Assembly: GCF_018350175.1 (NCBI RefSeq)
Contig: NC_058368.1
Coordinates: 180,918,001-180,982,000 of the forward strand
Reading direction: 5' to 3'
Length of the DNA: 64,000 nucleotides
Source of the DNA: Felis catus
Lineage: Eukaryota
Under the pieces are notes generated by a model, which worked only from the letters and a program-made list of their open reading frames with translations, had not been told where the DNA came from and made no database searches. This document shows positions 38,452-50,760 of this stretch, piece by piece (the first letter of the stretch is position 1; every line of letters starts with the position of its first letter). A program made the position numbers and the translations under genes.

Positions 38452-38630
38452 CCAGCAACTCCCAAATACAGTTCATTCCAAGAATCTCAGCAAAGCCTTA
38501 TAAAAATACAGGTACCTGAGCCTTTAGTCAAGATTATTGTATAAAAACTCTTCTCAGGAGACCAGAAACTTATCCTTTTACTAGGTGGCTCCCAGAACTG
38601 CTGTGCTTAACCAAATTTGAGAACCACAGG
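38452..38630. mobile_element. Degenerate MER5-like MITE
   Basis: AAAAATACAGGTACCTGAGCC and TTTGAGAACCAC terminal motif. Confidence 0.5.
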
Positions 38631-39184
38631 GATAGATGATAAAACAAATACATGAAGACAATCTAATACAAGGTAGTGTTTATCTGTAAGGTAGCAAATA
38701 GTGACACTGAAGAGTTAGGTGAGGGAGACATCACTGCAGACAATGTCCCTCTTACACCCTCCAAGGTGCTATATAATAATGACCTATTCCAAGTTTATTC
38801 AAGCCACCAAATCATGAGACCTCCCCAGGCATTACCACAGATAAGTGAAGTTCATTCCCAGGTGGAGAATCACCAAAGGTGAGTCAAGCATCAGCTTGTC
38901 CAAACACAGACTCACCCCCTCACTCAGCCTCAAATATTGCACAGTTCAAAACACAACATCTCAGAACTCCCAAGGCCATAAGCATTCTTGCCTGAAATCA
39001 TTCCTTAATTCCCACCATTTCTGGGTGTTTTTTAAGTGTGATGTTGGCTTACTTTTCCCCTAGGGCCCATGTTTTCAATTTTGCTTTCCTGGTAATAGAA
39101 GCAGAGCTCTGACAATGAGACTGCTCCTTGATTCATTTGTCCAGAGATGGGATCAAGTGCAACTTCTAAAGTAAGGGAGGGGGG

Positions 39185-39345
39185 CACTGAGACAGACCTG
39201 GGTTTGATTTCTGGCTTGACCATTTACTGGGGAATGACTTTGAAAAACGTATTTCACTTCTCTGAACTTCAGTTTCCTAATCTTTATAAAGGGAGAGAGT
39301 CCAGGGTGAGAGTTAAATAAAATAATTTATTTAAAGAAATTACCA
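39185..39345 (+). mobile_element. MIR
   Basis: AGACAGACCTGGGTTTGATT...TCTCTGAACTTCAGTTTCCTAATCT. Confidence 0.75.
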
Positions 39346-39764
39346 TAGAAAATGGTCAACAAGTAGCAGAGATTACTATTATTGCTCCGATTTACTGGCA
39401 ACTAAAGGCTTAATAACTTAAGACACGTGTAGCCCGAGAAGTAGTTTCTTCTCCTTCCTGCCACTGATAACAAGCTCCATTTCATTAAACCTCAGTATGG
39501 AACATCAAACTATGGTGGAAGGAACAGCTCTGCAAACCATGCTTCACTGCTATAAAAGACCATCCTTTTCCCCTCTCTATTTCTTCTCATACCACAGTAA
39601 TTATAATCGCCTAAGAGAAGCTAAAGAAATAAATTTAAATACATTTTTAGAATAAGATAGTACAAAACATGCTTCCTTGGTTTTCGAATAAAAGAATATT
39701 ATCTATCAGCCAGTTTGGGAGAAGGTTTTGTATGCTAATTAAAAATAAATTGGGCAGTCATGAA

Positions 39765-39930
39765 GGAACTTTCTGATACAATGGAAGTGCTCTAAAACTG
39801 GATTTGGGGGATGACTGCTTAACTGTATAAATTTACTAAAAATCATTAAATTGTACACGTACAATGGGTGAATTATTTTAGTATGCAAATCATACCTTCA
39901 TAAAGAGATGTGGCAACTAAAATTAAAAAA
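39765..39930 (+). mobile_element. L1MB-type 3' end
   Basis: TCTAAAACTGGATT...AATTTACTAAAAATCATTAAATTGTACAC..AATGGGTGAATT followed by an A tail. Confidence 0.8.
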
Positions 39931-40141
39931 AATAAAAAGAAGGAGGGAGGAAGAAAGGAAAAATGAGGTTTAGTCTCTAAACCCTAGATATTCTATACCT
40001 CTATTCTAAACAGTAATATTATTTTCACAAACCCTGAAATATCAGATCTGTGTCCAGGTAATGAAAAATTTGGATTTCCATAGGAGCTCTATAGGTCTGG
40101 TGCCTTCTGCTTCAGGGTCTGATATTAACACAGAAAACACA

Positions 40142-40365
40142 GGGGTGCCTGGGTGGCTCAGTTAGTTAAGTGTCCAACTTCAGCTCAGGTCATGATCTTA
40201 TGGTTCGTGGGTTTGAACCCCACATCAGGCTCTGTGCTGATGGCTCGGAGCCTGGAGCCTGCTTCAGATTCTGTGTCTCCTTCTCTCTCTGTTTCTCCCC
40301 TGCTCTCACTCTGTCTCTCACTCTCTCTCAAAAAAAATAAAGATTAAAAAAATTAAAAAAACAAC
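40142..40365 (+). mobile_element. Can-SINE (SINEC_Fc2-like)
   Basis: Canonical head and body; perfect 15-bp TSD AACACAGAAAACACA (40127-40141 / 40366-40380). Confidence 0.96.
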
Positions 40366-41990
40366 AACACAGAAAACACATTAGCAAATAAAGAGATGTG
40401 GAAAACAAGAAATCTACCACTGGTTCATTTCTGTCTCCATTACAGACACTTCCCCCTGGTTGAGACTCCTGCAAGATGTCTTAACACTCTCTTTAAACCT
40501 CCCATTGATTAATATCTGATATCAAATACTTATCTGTTCAAACACAGAAAACAAGGTAAGAAAGAGCTAAATATAATTAGGACATTTTCCTCCCTGGAAG
40601 ACCCCTGATTGGTGGAATTATAGGTGCCAGACCACCCATGCTAGGAACAATAGGTCATTGTCTAGTCCTTGAGGACCACCTATGAGCCATCTGGCCCAGG
40701 GAAATATATTTGACGTCGACTCTCTAAGAGGCAGAAACTTTGAGAAGACCAAACTAGTGATTTTTGGCAATTGTTGATTTGCTGCTTGTCTTGTCTATAC
40801 TTGAGGCTCTTCCTAATACCTCCTCCATTAGGTATTTAACTTTGTCTCTTCAAGTCTCGACTGGTACATGCCTACAGTTGGTAGTCATTTCATTTTCTTT
40901 GAATATTTGGGGTTAATATCCCATCATAGGACTCATACAAGTTAATAGTTGGCATCTCAGGAAATAACCACTAGTCTCATAGTGAAAAAAAAAAAAAAGG
41001 TTGACAAGTCTAAACCCTGTTCAGACATCATTAGCTGTACTAAAATGCATGTACACTTACTCAAACCAACATGAGTGCTTGATTACTCTGATGGGGGTCA
41101 GGAAGGACCCATTTAAATGATCAGAAGAGGCAACACAGAAACCTACCATTAGAAGCTTCAAATAATGTATACACTGCCTGGTACATAACTGATGTGATTA
41201 CCTCAGGCTGTAAGGAACATGCTGGGCATGCCTCAACAAGTATGCTGAGATGCCTGGAGGGAAACTCTGAAACTCATTTCATTCTTAAGAAAACCACACA
41301 TTTTAAGGAATTAAAAAAATTCAATGAATATAGTCAAAATAAGTTGCTTAACCATCCTAAACTCTCAGGTGCTTATCCCATATCATCATCTCATTGAATG
41401 ATCCTACTAACCCATAGCAAAAGATATTTTCATGGATGAGTCATGGAAGGGTCGACAAATGTATTGGAAGAAATTCATTAAGTGTGAACATAGGATTGGT
41501 CTTGACCACACTCCTCATTGAGGTCACAAGAGTCTTCAAAATGAAGGGTCCAATACTTACTGGGGTTTTTCCTCTTCAGCCTAATTGTCCTCACCCTTGC
41601 CCTATCTGTTAGCCCCACCCAGCCCTCTAAGCTAAATCAATGTACAGAAGCATCATGTCCCTAATAGTCCATGCATACAAATCATAATTATGAGCCACAT
41701 TCATAATCATTTCCTAGGACACATTTCCCTGCCAGTATTGATCCCAACCTACCTTACATCACTCTGGCTTTCCTGGATCTCTGGTTCTCTGTTTCTATGC
41801 CGACTCTTCTTGAGTCTCCCACAATACAAGATCTCATATATCTGTGAGGTCTTTGTCTTAGCCCCCTTCTCTTCAACCCTTCTTTCTTTTCTTAGCTCTA
41901 TCAGTGCCACTTATCTTGTTCCAGTGTATTTATCTGTTTAGAAGATTGGCATTCATCACTGTTAGTTCCATTAAGAAATGAAACAGGTCT

Positions 41991-42212
41991 GGGTTGCCTA
42001 GGCAGCTCAGTTAAGCACCAGACCTCATCTTAGGTCATGATCTCAAGGTTCATGAGTGCAAGGCCCACATCAGGCTCTGTGCTGACAGCTCAGAGCCTGG
42101 ATGGAGCCTACTTTGGATTCTGTGTTTCCTTCTCTCTCTGCCTCTCCCTGACTTAAGCTCTCTCTCGGTCTCTCAAAAATAAATGAATGTTAAAAAAAAA
42201 AAAAGAAAAAAA
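41991..42212 (+). mobile_element. Can-SINE (SINEC_Fc2-like)
   Basis: SINE body and A tail; perfect 18-bp TSD AAGAAATGAAACAGGTCT (41973-41990 / 42213-42230). Confidence 0.96.
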
Positions 42213-42314
42213 AAGAAATGAAACAGGTCTTACTTTCTACACTTTCAAGTCATTGCACCCTGTCAGGCACATTCCAGGTACTAACTTATTGACTGAGAGA
42301 TGAATAAACACTGT

Positions 42315-42530
42315 CTTTTATAATCTTTTTAAATGTTTATTTATCTTTGAGACAGACACAGAGTATAAGTGGGGGGAGGGGCAGAGAGAGAGGGAGACAC
42401 AGAACCTGAAGCAGGCTCCAGGCTCTGAGCTGTCAGCAGAGAGCCCGACATGGGGCTTGAACTCACAAACTGCAAGATCATGACATGAGCCAAAGTTGGA
42501 TGCTTAACCAACTGAGCCACCCAGGTGCCC
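42315..42530 (-). mobile_element. Can-SINE (SINEC_Fc2-like)
   Basis: Reverse SINE ending GAGCCACCCAGGTGCCC; TSD AACACTGT. Confidence 0.95.
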
Positions 42531-44411
42531 TAACACTGTTTTTTTGCAGTATAACCACCCACCAAGAAAAAAAAAAATTCTTTCAGCAGCCACACTGATT
42601 TCTTTACAAAATACAAAATTGCCAAAATATTCTCAGTTCCCTTAGCATTTGGTACTCTTTGACTTGGGGGAACAGAATATTTTTCCCCTAATGCAGGACT
42701 CTTAATCCAGAGGATAAAAAAGGGGGCTGTACTCATTTGGTTCAAGTCCTTTACTTGAAAGCTGATCATTTGGAATTAGAGCATTGTTTTTCCAGGCAGT
42801 AGTTTAAAGACACACAGAAGTAAGGTCTAGAATAAAGAAAGATCTAATAAACTCTAGAAATCAGCCTACTCATCTACTGGGACTACTGGATATAACTTTC
42901 CCAGTGTCATCTAAAATTAACTTGGTCCCTGAAGGAATTCGTTCACTAGGGGATCAAGAAGTCCCTGAAATGATTGAAGGGACCTCCAAAGAGTTACTAG
43001 AGATGCAAATAGGGTAGGTGTGTTATGTTACAACCATCACTGCCTTGCGGAAAACACACATAAAGATAGCAGCCCTTGGCAAAGCCCACGGGGCTGCCAA
43101 CATTCCTGTGCTGATGCCCAACAGAACTGAAATTCAACAGAAATCAAGTAGCAGATTATGTGTGCTGCAAGACTTGAAAACTAACAGGCAGCCTAATGAG
43201 CATATTATAACTGCAGGCTCTGCTTGTTAACTGTTGAAAATATTTTCACAAGGCTTTGCGTATGGCAGGATAATGCTAGTTATGAAACGTCTATGCTGAA
43301 AGGGAACTCTGTGTGAGCCAGGCTTGAGCAAGTCACCTGGATAATGTCAGTGATTAGAAATGAATCATAGCACGTGCTGGACTTGGGTGTTCCATGACAA
43401 ACCCCATTGGTTTTCCCAGAGACCAGAAGGTAAACAGATTTGTCAGGCTCAGTGAAGAGAAGTTCATACCAGAGGGATGTATGGTGCTCTTCTGATCTAT
43501 GAAGTAAAACCTGACTTAACACTTCCCTTGAGTAGGAATGGGCAAAATTCTTATATGACATCAGTGGCATTCTGTAAGATAAAGTTTTTAAGAGATTACT
43601 TTGGGCATAGAGACACATATACATTATGCAGAAAAAAAAGGGACTTTCCAAGTCAGATGTGTTACCTCACACAGGTAAATATGATCACCCCAATTTTTCT
43701 AAAAAATGTTCCTGAGGTCAAGAGGGGCCAAAGGGATTAACAAGCCACTTAGCTGTTCGGTGGATACAGGCTGCATAATTTGGAAGTTGAACTTTTGTAT
43801 TTAGTATCATAAGGAGTAACACTGTTACTCCTCTTATACTGGTATGGGCTCTCAACACAGGACAGCTGCAATTTTACAAAATGTGGTCACATGTGTTCCC
43901 TCATTTGGGGTTGCACACAACACTGGGTACTAACATTGGCCAAATTCTACCAGTGGAAATACTAAGTTGAGAGTGCTCTTTTGTGTTCTGGGATAGTTAT
44001 TAAAAGTCACATACCTTGGCCCCAAGCCAGACCCACTGAAATAGAATCTCTGGGGGGTGGGGCCCAGGTATCTGAGTTTTGGTAAAGAAAAACAAAGTCA
44101 AAATCTTCCATAAGGTTGATACCCCACAAACAACTGTTATCCCAGAGTATGGTAATCTATGGATGATGATGGTCTATGGACTAGGGATGTAGGTGCCCAC
44201 TCCAAAATCCTTCCTTTTGATCCTGCCTTTAGGAACCTAAACTCGTTGCTAGACCTACTCTTTACTGTTAAGAATGTGTCACAGTTTTTAAGATTCCCTG
44301 AAAATACACACATTTGAGAAGATATTTGCATAAACAATACCTATCAGTTCACAGTGAATGAGAGCAAGGTGCAAGTCAGGGTCTCTGGATTAAAGCTTTT
44401 GTCAGAAGTTA

Positions 44412-44497
44412 GTCCTTCCCAAACCCTTGCAATCTTTACATTTTGTGTACTATCCTTTAATTTTCTTGCAATCTACTTAAAAAAAATATTTTGAGAC

Positions 44498-44544
<47 letters not shown>

Positions 44545-44880
44545 AAACATGAATGGGGGAGGGGTAGAGAGAGAGAATCCCAAGCAGGCTCTATGCTGTC
44601 AGCACAGAGCCGGACCAGGGGCTCAATCCCACAAACAGTGAGATTGTGACCTTTGCCAAAATCAAGAGTCAGACACTTAAGTGACTGAGCCACCCAGGGG
44701 CCCCAAAATCTACCATTATGTGGACCTTGAATCTACTATTTTCCGTGTGTTCATGGAAAAAGAAAATTTTATATCATTGCAAGAAATATAACAAGCATGA
44801 CCTGCCATAAAGCAGGAAGCAAAAGTAAAAATAGATACAATGAAAACAAAACAAGATTCTAACAAAGCTGAAGACACTCT
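44412..44880 (+). mobile_element. MER113-like fragment split by a SINE
   Basis: TTTATATCATT...TGCCATAAA...ATACAATGAAAACAAAACAA resembles MER113. Confidence 0.6.
44477..44704 (-). mobile_element. Can-SINE with (GA)n tract
   Basis: Reverse SINE ending GAGCCACCCAGGGGCCCC; short TSD AATCTAC. Confidence 0.94.
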
Positions 44881-46039
44881 CCTTGATTTCAAATGAAGGC
44901 GTCTAACAGGGTCGAAAAGGAAATAGCATCCTTGTGTGAGTCAGTCATGTCATGCACAAGGACATGCATTTAAAATCTCAAGTAATCCCCCCAGTATTAC
45001 CTTGAGTGTGCCCAGGGGAGTGCTCCCCACTCTTATGCTGCCTCGAGGGCCCAGTGAAGTGCCTCCCCAGGAAGTCTGGGTTCAGGACACTGTGGAGGGA
45101 GGTTTGGAGGACTGAGGCCTTCGGCCTGGGGTCTGCAAGCCGCCCACGGGTGGTTGTACAGAGGACACTTGTGCAGCCCCCATGGTCTTCCCAGTTTTGT
45201 CCGTGGTCACCTAGGCTCTGCCTATTCATAAGACCGCCAAAGCCTCCTCATTAGGTGTTCACAGAAGGCAGCTCAGAGGTGGGGACAACTGGGAAGGAGA
45301 GAGAGAAATGTTCTTTTATTCCAGGTTTGAAGCTCATCAAGGGTAGGGTTCAGCATACTAAGTCCTTCTCTGACTGTAAAGATAAAAAGATAAAACAGCT
45401 CCCTCAACCACAGTGGAGTTTAGTGTGTCTTTGACAAGCAGCATAATTAAGATCTAGCATAAACACAGAGCCTCTGAGGACAGTAAAAGCTGACTAAATG
45501 GGAATTTGTTCTGTTTGGCTTTTCTTTCCTTTATTTAGTTTTCCTGTGGAAGTTTCACTTTGAAGCAGGGCCGGCCCCAGGCAAAAAGTGCGGAGTCTGC
45601 GGATCTCCGGGAACACTACTGCCCTCGCCCCATCTAACTCCTTTCTGGGCTCTGTCCTGGCATGGGTCATATGCCTCGCCCATGGGAGAGCTTCCCGCAC
45701 ACAGCTTCCCTGTCCCCAGTCCACTGTGGGCCTTGTCAGCTCCTTTCATCAAAGGAGGCATTCAGTGCCTGGTTCTGTGCTGTACAGTTTGAAGTTCTTG
45801 TCCTTTTTCCTGTTACTAAACATTAGGACTGTGTCCTAAACCACCAGAACACGAGTTCTGTGCTACACAGATCTGCATGGGGAGCAGGTGGCTGGCGGTG
45901 GTTTCTTTGTTGTTAACAAGGGGCTTTTCAAAGGAGTGACCCACTTACAATCGCTAAGTTGCAGAAAGCTGAGGAACATTGGGCTTGGTCGCAACGGGTC
46001 TTGATAGAGGTGACTGATAGGTTAGCACCCATGTGGTTA

Positions 46040-46245
46040 TTGGTGGTGAGGCTCTGGCCCTGGAGGTAGCCTGTCTGGGTTAAAATCCTAGCTCTCCCAT
46101 TCACTAGCTGAATAAACTCAAGTGTTTAACTGAGTCCTTCTACACGTCAATTCTCTCATCAGTACACAGGGCTGTCAGGATGAGTAAATGAAATAAACCA
46201 TGGAAGAACTTCGCACAGTCCCTAGAATTTCATCAACACTCATTT
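46040..46245 (+). mobile_element. MIR
   Basis: GGCTCTGG..CTGTCTGGGTTAAAATCCTAGCTCT..CACTAGCTG. Confidence 0.65.
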
Positions 46246-47739
46246 TTATTGCTATTATCCATATTATCAAGTATCTGTATTATAAAAATGGTGTCAGAAC
46301 CACCCATTGACCCAAATCAAGCACGATTCAGCTTTTGTGGGGTCAGAAACTCTTTTTGTAAGATCCATGTTTCCTCCTTAAGCTAATAAAGTAGATTATA
46401 TTCTGCCCTGCAGCTGTCAGCATGAAGTTTCCCCTCCTTCTCTTTTCTGACACGGTACTCATTCCTGACACACAGCATCACTCTTCATATCCTAGACAGT
46501 GGCCAACAGGCAGAGATCTCAAAGGCAAGGAGAGAATTAATTATTACATGTGAAACATACGCAACCTTCAGATCTGAAATGACAGGTAAATAGCAATTTG
46601 AAAGGAATGTAATCTCCTTCCTCAGAAAACACTGATGTTAAAGGGTTTCTACATACCCACCACTCTGTCTCCTATCATGGAGGAAATAGGATGACTCACA
46701 ATAAAGCTGCTGTGAAGCCCCACTGCCAGAAATGCTTGCAGGTGCTAGCACGAGGAAAAATGAGCATCTATCTTCCAGTTTCAAATTAGTCCATAATGGG
46801 TAATTTGATGCAGGCATTATTTCTAAACAAGAAATTCCCTAAATGCTAATTGCTTCTCTGAGCTGTTCAGTTAAAAGGGACAAATATTTCTGCTCATTAA
46901 AGGGGATGCCATTTAGAATGGGTCCTAGTTAATGCAAAGAAGCTTTAACTGGAATGCTGTAAGAAACAAGAGGTCAGGATTCCAGGGGTCAAGCAACACC
47001 TCCCACATACCATTGCGTCTGACTGAAGGGTGCTGGGCCAAATTTGGCTAAAAAATCAGGAGCTCTGACAACACCGGCAACTTATTTCCACATGCCAACC
47101 TCTGCTAAGTCCCCACCACAGCAAAATGGTCAAACACCTGTCAATGTCAGGCTAAGGTTAACAGGTAGAGATTCCCCTTCCTCATCAGCACTGATAACTT
47201 CTCTGTGTGGTATATAATAGGAGATTGTGACAAACTGGAGAGTGGATCCTTGTTTGCCTCCTGTAGGCAGCAGAATTTATGCCTCCTGTTGGCAAATACT
47301 GTACTAATACTATGAATGAGACAGGAATGAAGTAAAAAATTTACTCTTGGGGAGGACATGGCTGATGCAAGCTGCATTAGGACCTTGAAAAAATGGCCAG
47401 AGAGAATTCCAGAGATGCCACCAAAAGACTTGCACGTGGACAACCCAGCTTAGCATCAACTTCCAATAGATGTGCAGTTTCCATGTTCTGGATGTTATTT
47501 TCAGGCTGTGGAGAATAGAGAAGGCATGGCGACTTCCATCTGAATGGGAGGAGACAAACATTTCGCAAAATTCTGCCTGCAAACGTACGTGCCTGTGGGC
47601 ACCTCCCCCCACCCCAAAGCCTGAACGAACTGCAAGAAATGCTTTTAAACAAAACAAGAGACTGTAGGAGTGTATAAATGGGAGAATTAACTTAAGACTC
47701 ATTTGGGTATTGGTAATTGAGCTAAGATCTGTGGGATGA

Positions 47740-48110
47740 GGAGATTAAGACAGAAGGTGAAGGGCAAAAAAAGTACATAGTATGTACAATTACAAAGACT
47801 GGAGAAAAAGAAACCATAGTGTTTATGAGAAATGTAAAGCAAGCCAGTATGGTTGGAAGCAGAGGAGAGAGGATGGTGTGAGATAAAGCTGGAGAGGCAG
47901 ACAGGAGTTTAGATTAGAGCCCCTAGTAGGATTTTGATCTGTATCCAAAGAACAATGGTGTAAGGGTTTTCAGAGGGAGAAGGATACCATATGATAAGAC
48001 TCCAGTTAAACTGTGACTACATGGGGGTGGGGGATAAAGTAGACGTGAACAGATGCGTAAGGATGTTACATAGCTGCAGATGAGGAAAGGTGGTGGTGTC
48101 GGTTGAGACA
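47740..48110 (-). mobile_element. L2 fragment
   Basis: AAGCCAGTATGGTTGGA...GAGATAAAGCTGGAGAGG...GGATTTTGATCTGTATCC. Confidence 0.65.
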
Positions 48111-48270
48111 AAGCCAATTCCTTTACAGATGCCTCTGTTTATATTTTTTTTCTAGCTTTTGTAGTTTAAAGGAAACTCCTTCTTTTTCATTACCTTCTCT
48201 AGCATCTGTAGTGTCTCCTTATTTTTTCTTTCTCTTTCACAAAAAAATATTATTTAAAAATAATAGTCCA

Positions 48271-48474
48271 GGGCCACCTGGGTGGATCAGTTGGTGAAGA
48301 GCCAGACTCTTGATTTCGGCACAGGTCATGATTTCACGGTTTGTAGGTTCAAGCCTCTCTGTTGGGCTCTGTGCTTATAGGGTGGAGCCTACTTGGGATT
48401 CTCTCTCTCCCCCTCCCCCACTTATGTGCTCACTTGCGTGCACACGCTCTCTCAAAATGAATTAATAAACTTCA
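48271..48474 (+). mobile_element. Can-SINE
   Basis: GGGCCACCTGGGTGGATCAGTTGG head, CT tract, A-rich tail. Confidence 0.92.
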
Positions 48475-48689
48475 AAAATAACAATACAAACAACAACAAA
48501 ATGCCTTCTTACTCATACACAGATTTCCATTATTTAACATCTTATTTCTTTCTTTCTAAGGAAAATAATTCTCATAGGGGTGGGATGTGCATTTTGTTTC
48601 TATTTTTTCTCTTCTCAAAGAGAAGAAATACTTCAGTGACATAGCTGTCTTGATGGCCATTATTTATCACCCTAGTGACATCTCTATGG

Positions 48690-49260
48690 CTCCCATTCAC
48701 TTGCTAGATTTAGATGCATTTAACAGTATTGTCCACACTTACCTTGAAATCCTCACCTCCCTTGACTTGTGGAGCCATGGAGCCTCATGGATGTTCTCTT
48801 GGCTTCTGGACCCCCTCACTCCCAGTTGCCTTTGAGGCTTTTCCCCCTCCCTTATAACTCTTCACTGTGACTTTCTACCAATGGGAGGTTTGTGGATGAC
48901 TGCTTCAAGGTCATTCCCTTGCAGAATCAAGCACAAATCCACGTGGGTTTTTCCCTTAACTTGTCTTCTAGAAATCCACTCATATGCCTCATATCACTTG
49001 GAAAATATTTTATGGACCACCAATAATGTATTCCCAGAATGTTAGGGGGAAAAACAAAATCTTATCTTTCTCTTAAACAGTTTCTTCCAACAGAGCTTTC
49101 TAACTTGTTCCTCTGTACCAGGGTGAAAACCCTCCAGTCCAGCATTTCAGTCCCCACTGATATGGCACTAACATTCCTGTCCCTGGTTGAGGTAGTTTCC
49201 CTCACCTACCAGAACTCCAGGTCAGCTTACTGCACAACTCTACTCAGTATCCCTCACTCT
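48690..49260 (+). mobile_element. L2 ORF2-derived fragment
   Basis: GCATTTAACAGTATTGTCCACAC..CCTTGAAATCCTCACCTCCCTTGAC pyrimidine-rich L2 signature. Confidence 0.55.
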
Positions 49261-49264
49261 TGAT

Positions 49265-49500
49265 TTTCTTTTATAAAATACACTTTTTGTTTTCCATCAG
49301 TTTCATTTCAGATTTATGGAAAAAGTGCAAAGGGCACCTGTGTCCTTTACCCAGGCCCCTAATGTCAATGTCTGAGATACCCATAGTCAGTTCATCAAAA
49401 ATGAGACATCAACACTGGCATGTTAGCAATAATGCAACTCCATACTTGTTCAGTTTTTCCTATCCAAGGATTCAATCCAGGACACCACCCTGCATTTAGC
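49265..49500 (-). mobile_element. L1MC-type fragment
   Basis: TTTCAGATTTATGGAAAAA...ACATCAACACTGG...CCAAGGATTCAATCCAGGACACCAC..TGCATTTAG. Confidence 0.65.
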
Positions 49501-50599
49501 ATGCTTGCTTTTTAAATTTCCACTGCCATGGCTTTGCTTTAATATCTCCTTTCCCCACAAATTTTCTCCCTGCAAACCTTCTAGCTTTTTCTTTTCTCTG
49601 GTATTTCCATGTGTGACATGGATCTAACTCCTACTCAACCTTCATGTGAAATCTCTCCATAGGACAGTTACCTACTTCTTTATCTTTCCTTCCAACTCTT
49701 CCAAGCTTTCTTCTTTGTCTACTAATTAGAGCCTTGCCGTATGCACTCACATCAACCTCGAAACGATCACATAGAAGGAATTCAACATTCTCGGATTCAT
49801 TTTTAACCAGGAATGTAGCAAATGCATGTGGATGAGGATTCATTCCAAATATAATTCCTCCTTGCCCCCATTTTCCTAGTAAAGCAATCACTGAAGTCTT
49901 GACCCTCTGAACGGCCAACCTCTTCCCCCTAAGCTGCCAGGGCTAAAACAACTTTTTTCCCTTGAGGTTCATCAGCCGAAGCAACAGTTTTGAAATAAAC
50001 ACGTGTAATTTGTCATGCCCAAAGAAAATGTTTGTTTTTCTCAAACAAGTGTTTTATTTGGCAAACATATGCCACTTGTAGCTTTTGTATAATGTGTTTG
50101 TGAAAGCAGCTTAAGATTTTATCTGGGTTCTGAGTGGACTGGTGGGTGACACATCTACTGTAATATATTCCTCAATTAAATAGGTGGATAGAAATAGAAT
50201 TTAAATATTCAGGAATAATAATTGTTGGGGAGAGAAGCCCTAAGCGATATTCCTCACTGTCTATCACTTTTCTATTCTTATTTCTCAAATTTAGGGCTTA
50301 TTAACATTTTTCTAATATTTTTCTCCAAGCGAGCAGAAAGGTGGATACAGAAGTGAAACTGAAGAGTAATAGAAAGTAAGGTTATTATAATACTTTGCAC
50401 CATCTAGTTGGTCATATTTGCTTGTCTCTTGATGTTTCTTAAGAATAAACTGTGATATGAGAGATAAAACCTATTTACACATGCATTTAGCAAAGAGAAA
50501 GAAAGAGAACAGCTAAGAGGTAGAAGTTGAAAAATAATAATAGGCATTTAACAAGTATTCACGTAACCTATTACATACGATTATATACTGCTTATACTT

Positions 50600-50760
50600 C
50601 TCTTCTCCCTTAATTCTCTAAACCAGCTCATGAAACTGTTATTATTGTAATCCCCATTTTACAGATGAAAAAACAGAGCCTCAGAGACTAAGTCATTTGC
50701 CCAAGATCATACAGTGGAAAGTGGTGGAACTTGGTGTTTTCTTGTTCTCAAAGCCCAGGT
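50600..50760 (-). mobile_element. MIR
   Basis: CCCCATTTTACAGATGAAAAAACAGAGCCTCAGAGA..AAGTCATTTGCCCAAGATCA. Confidence 0.85.
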
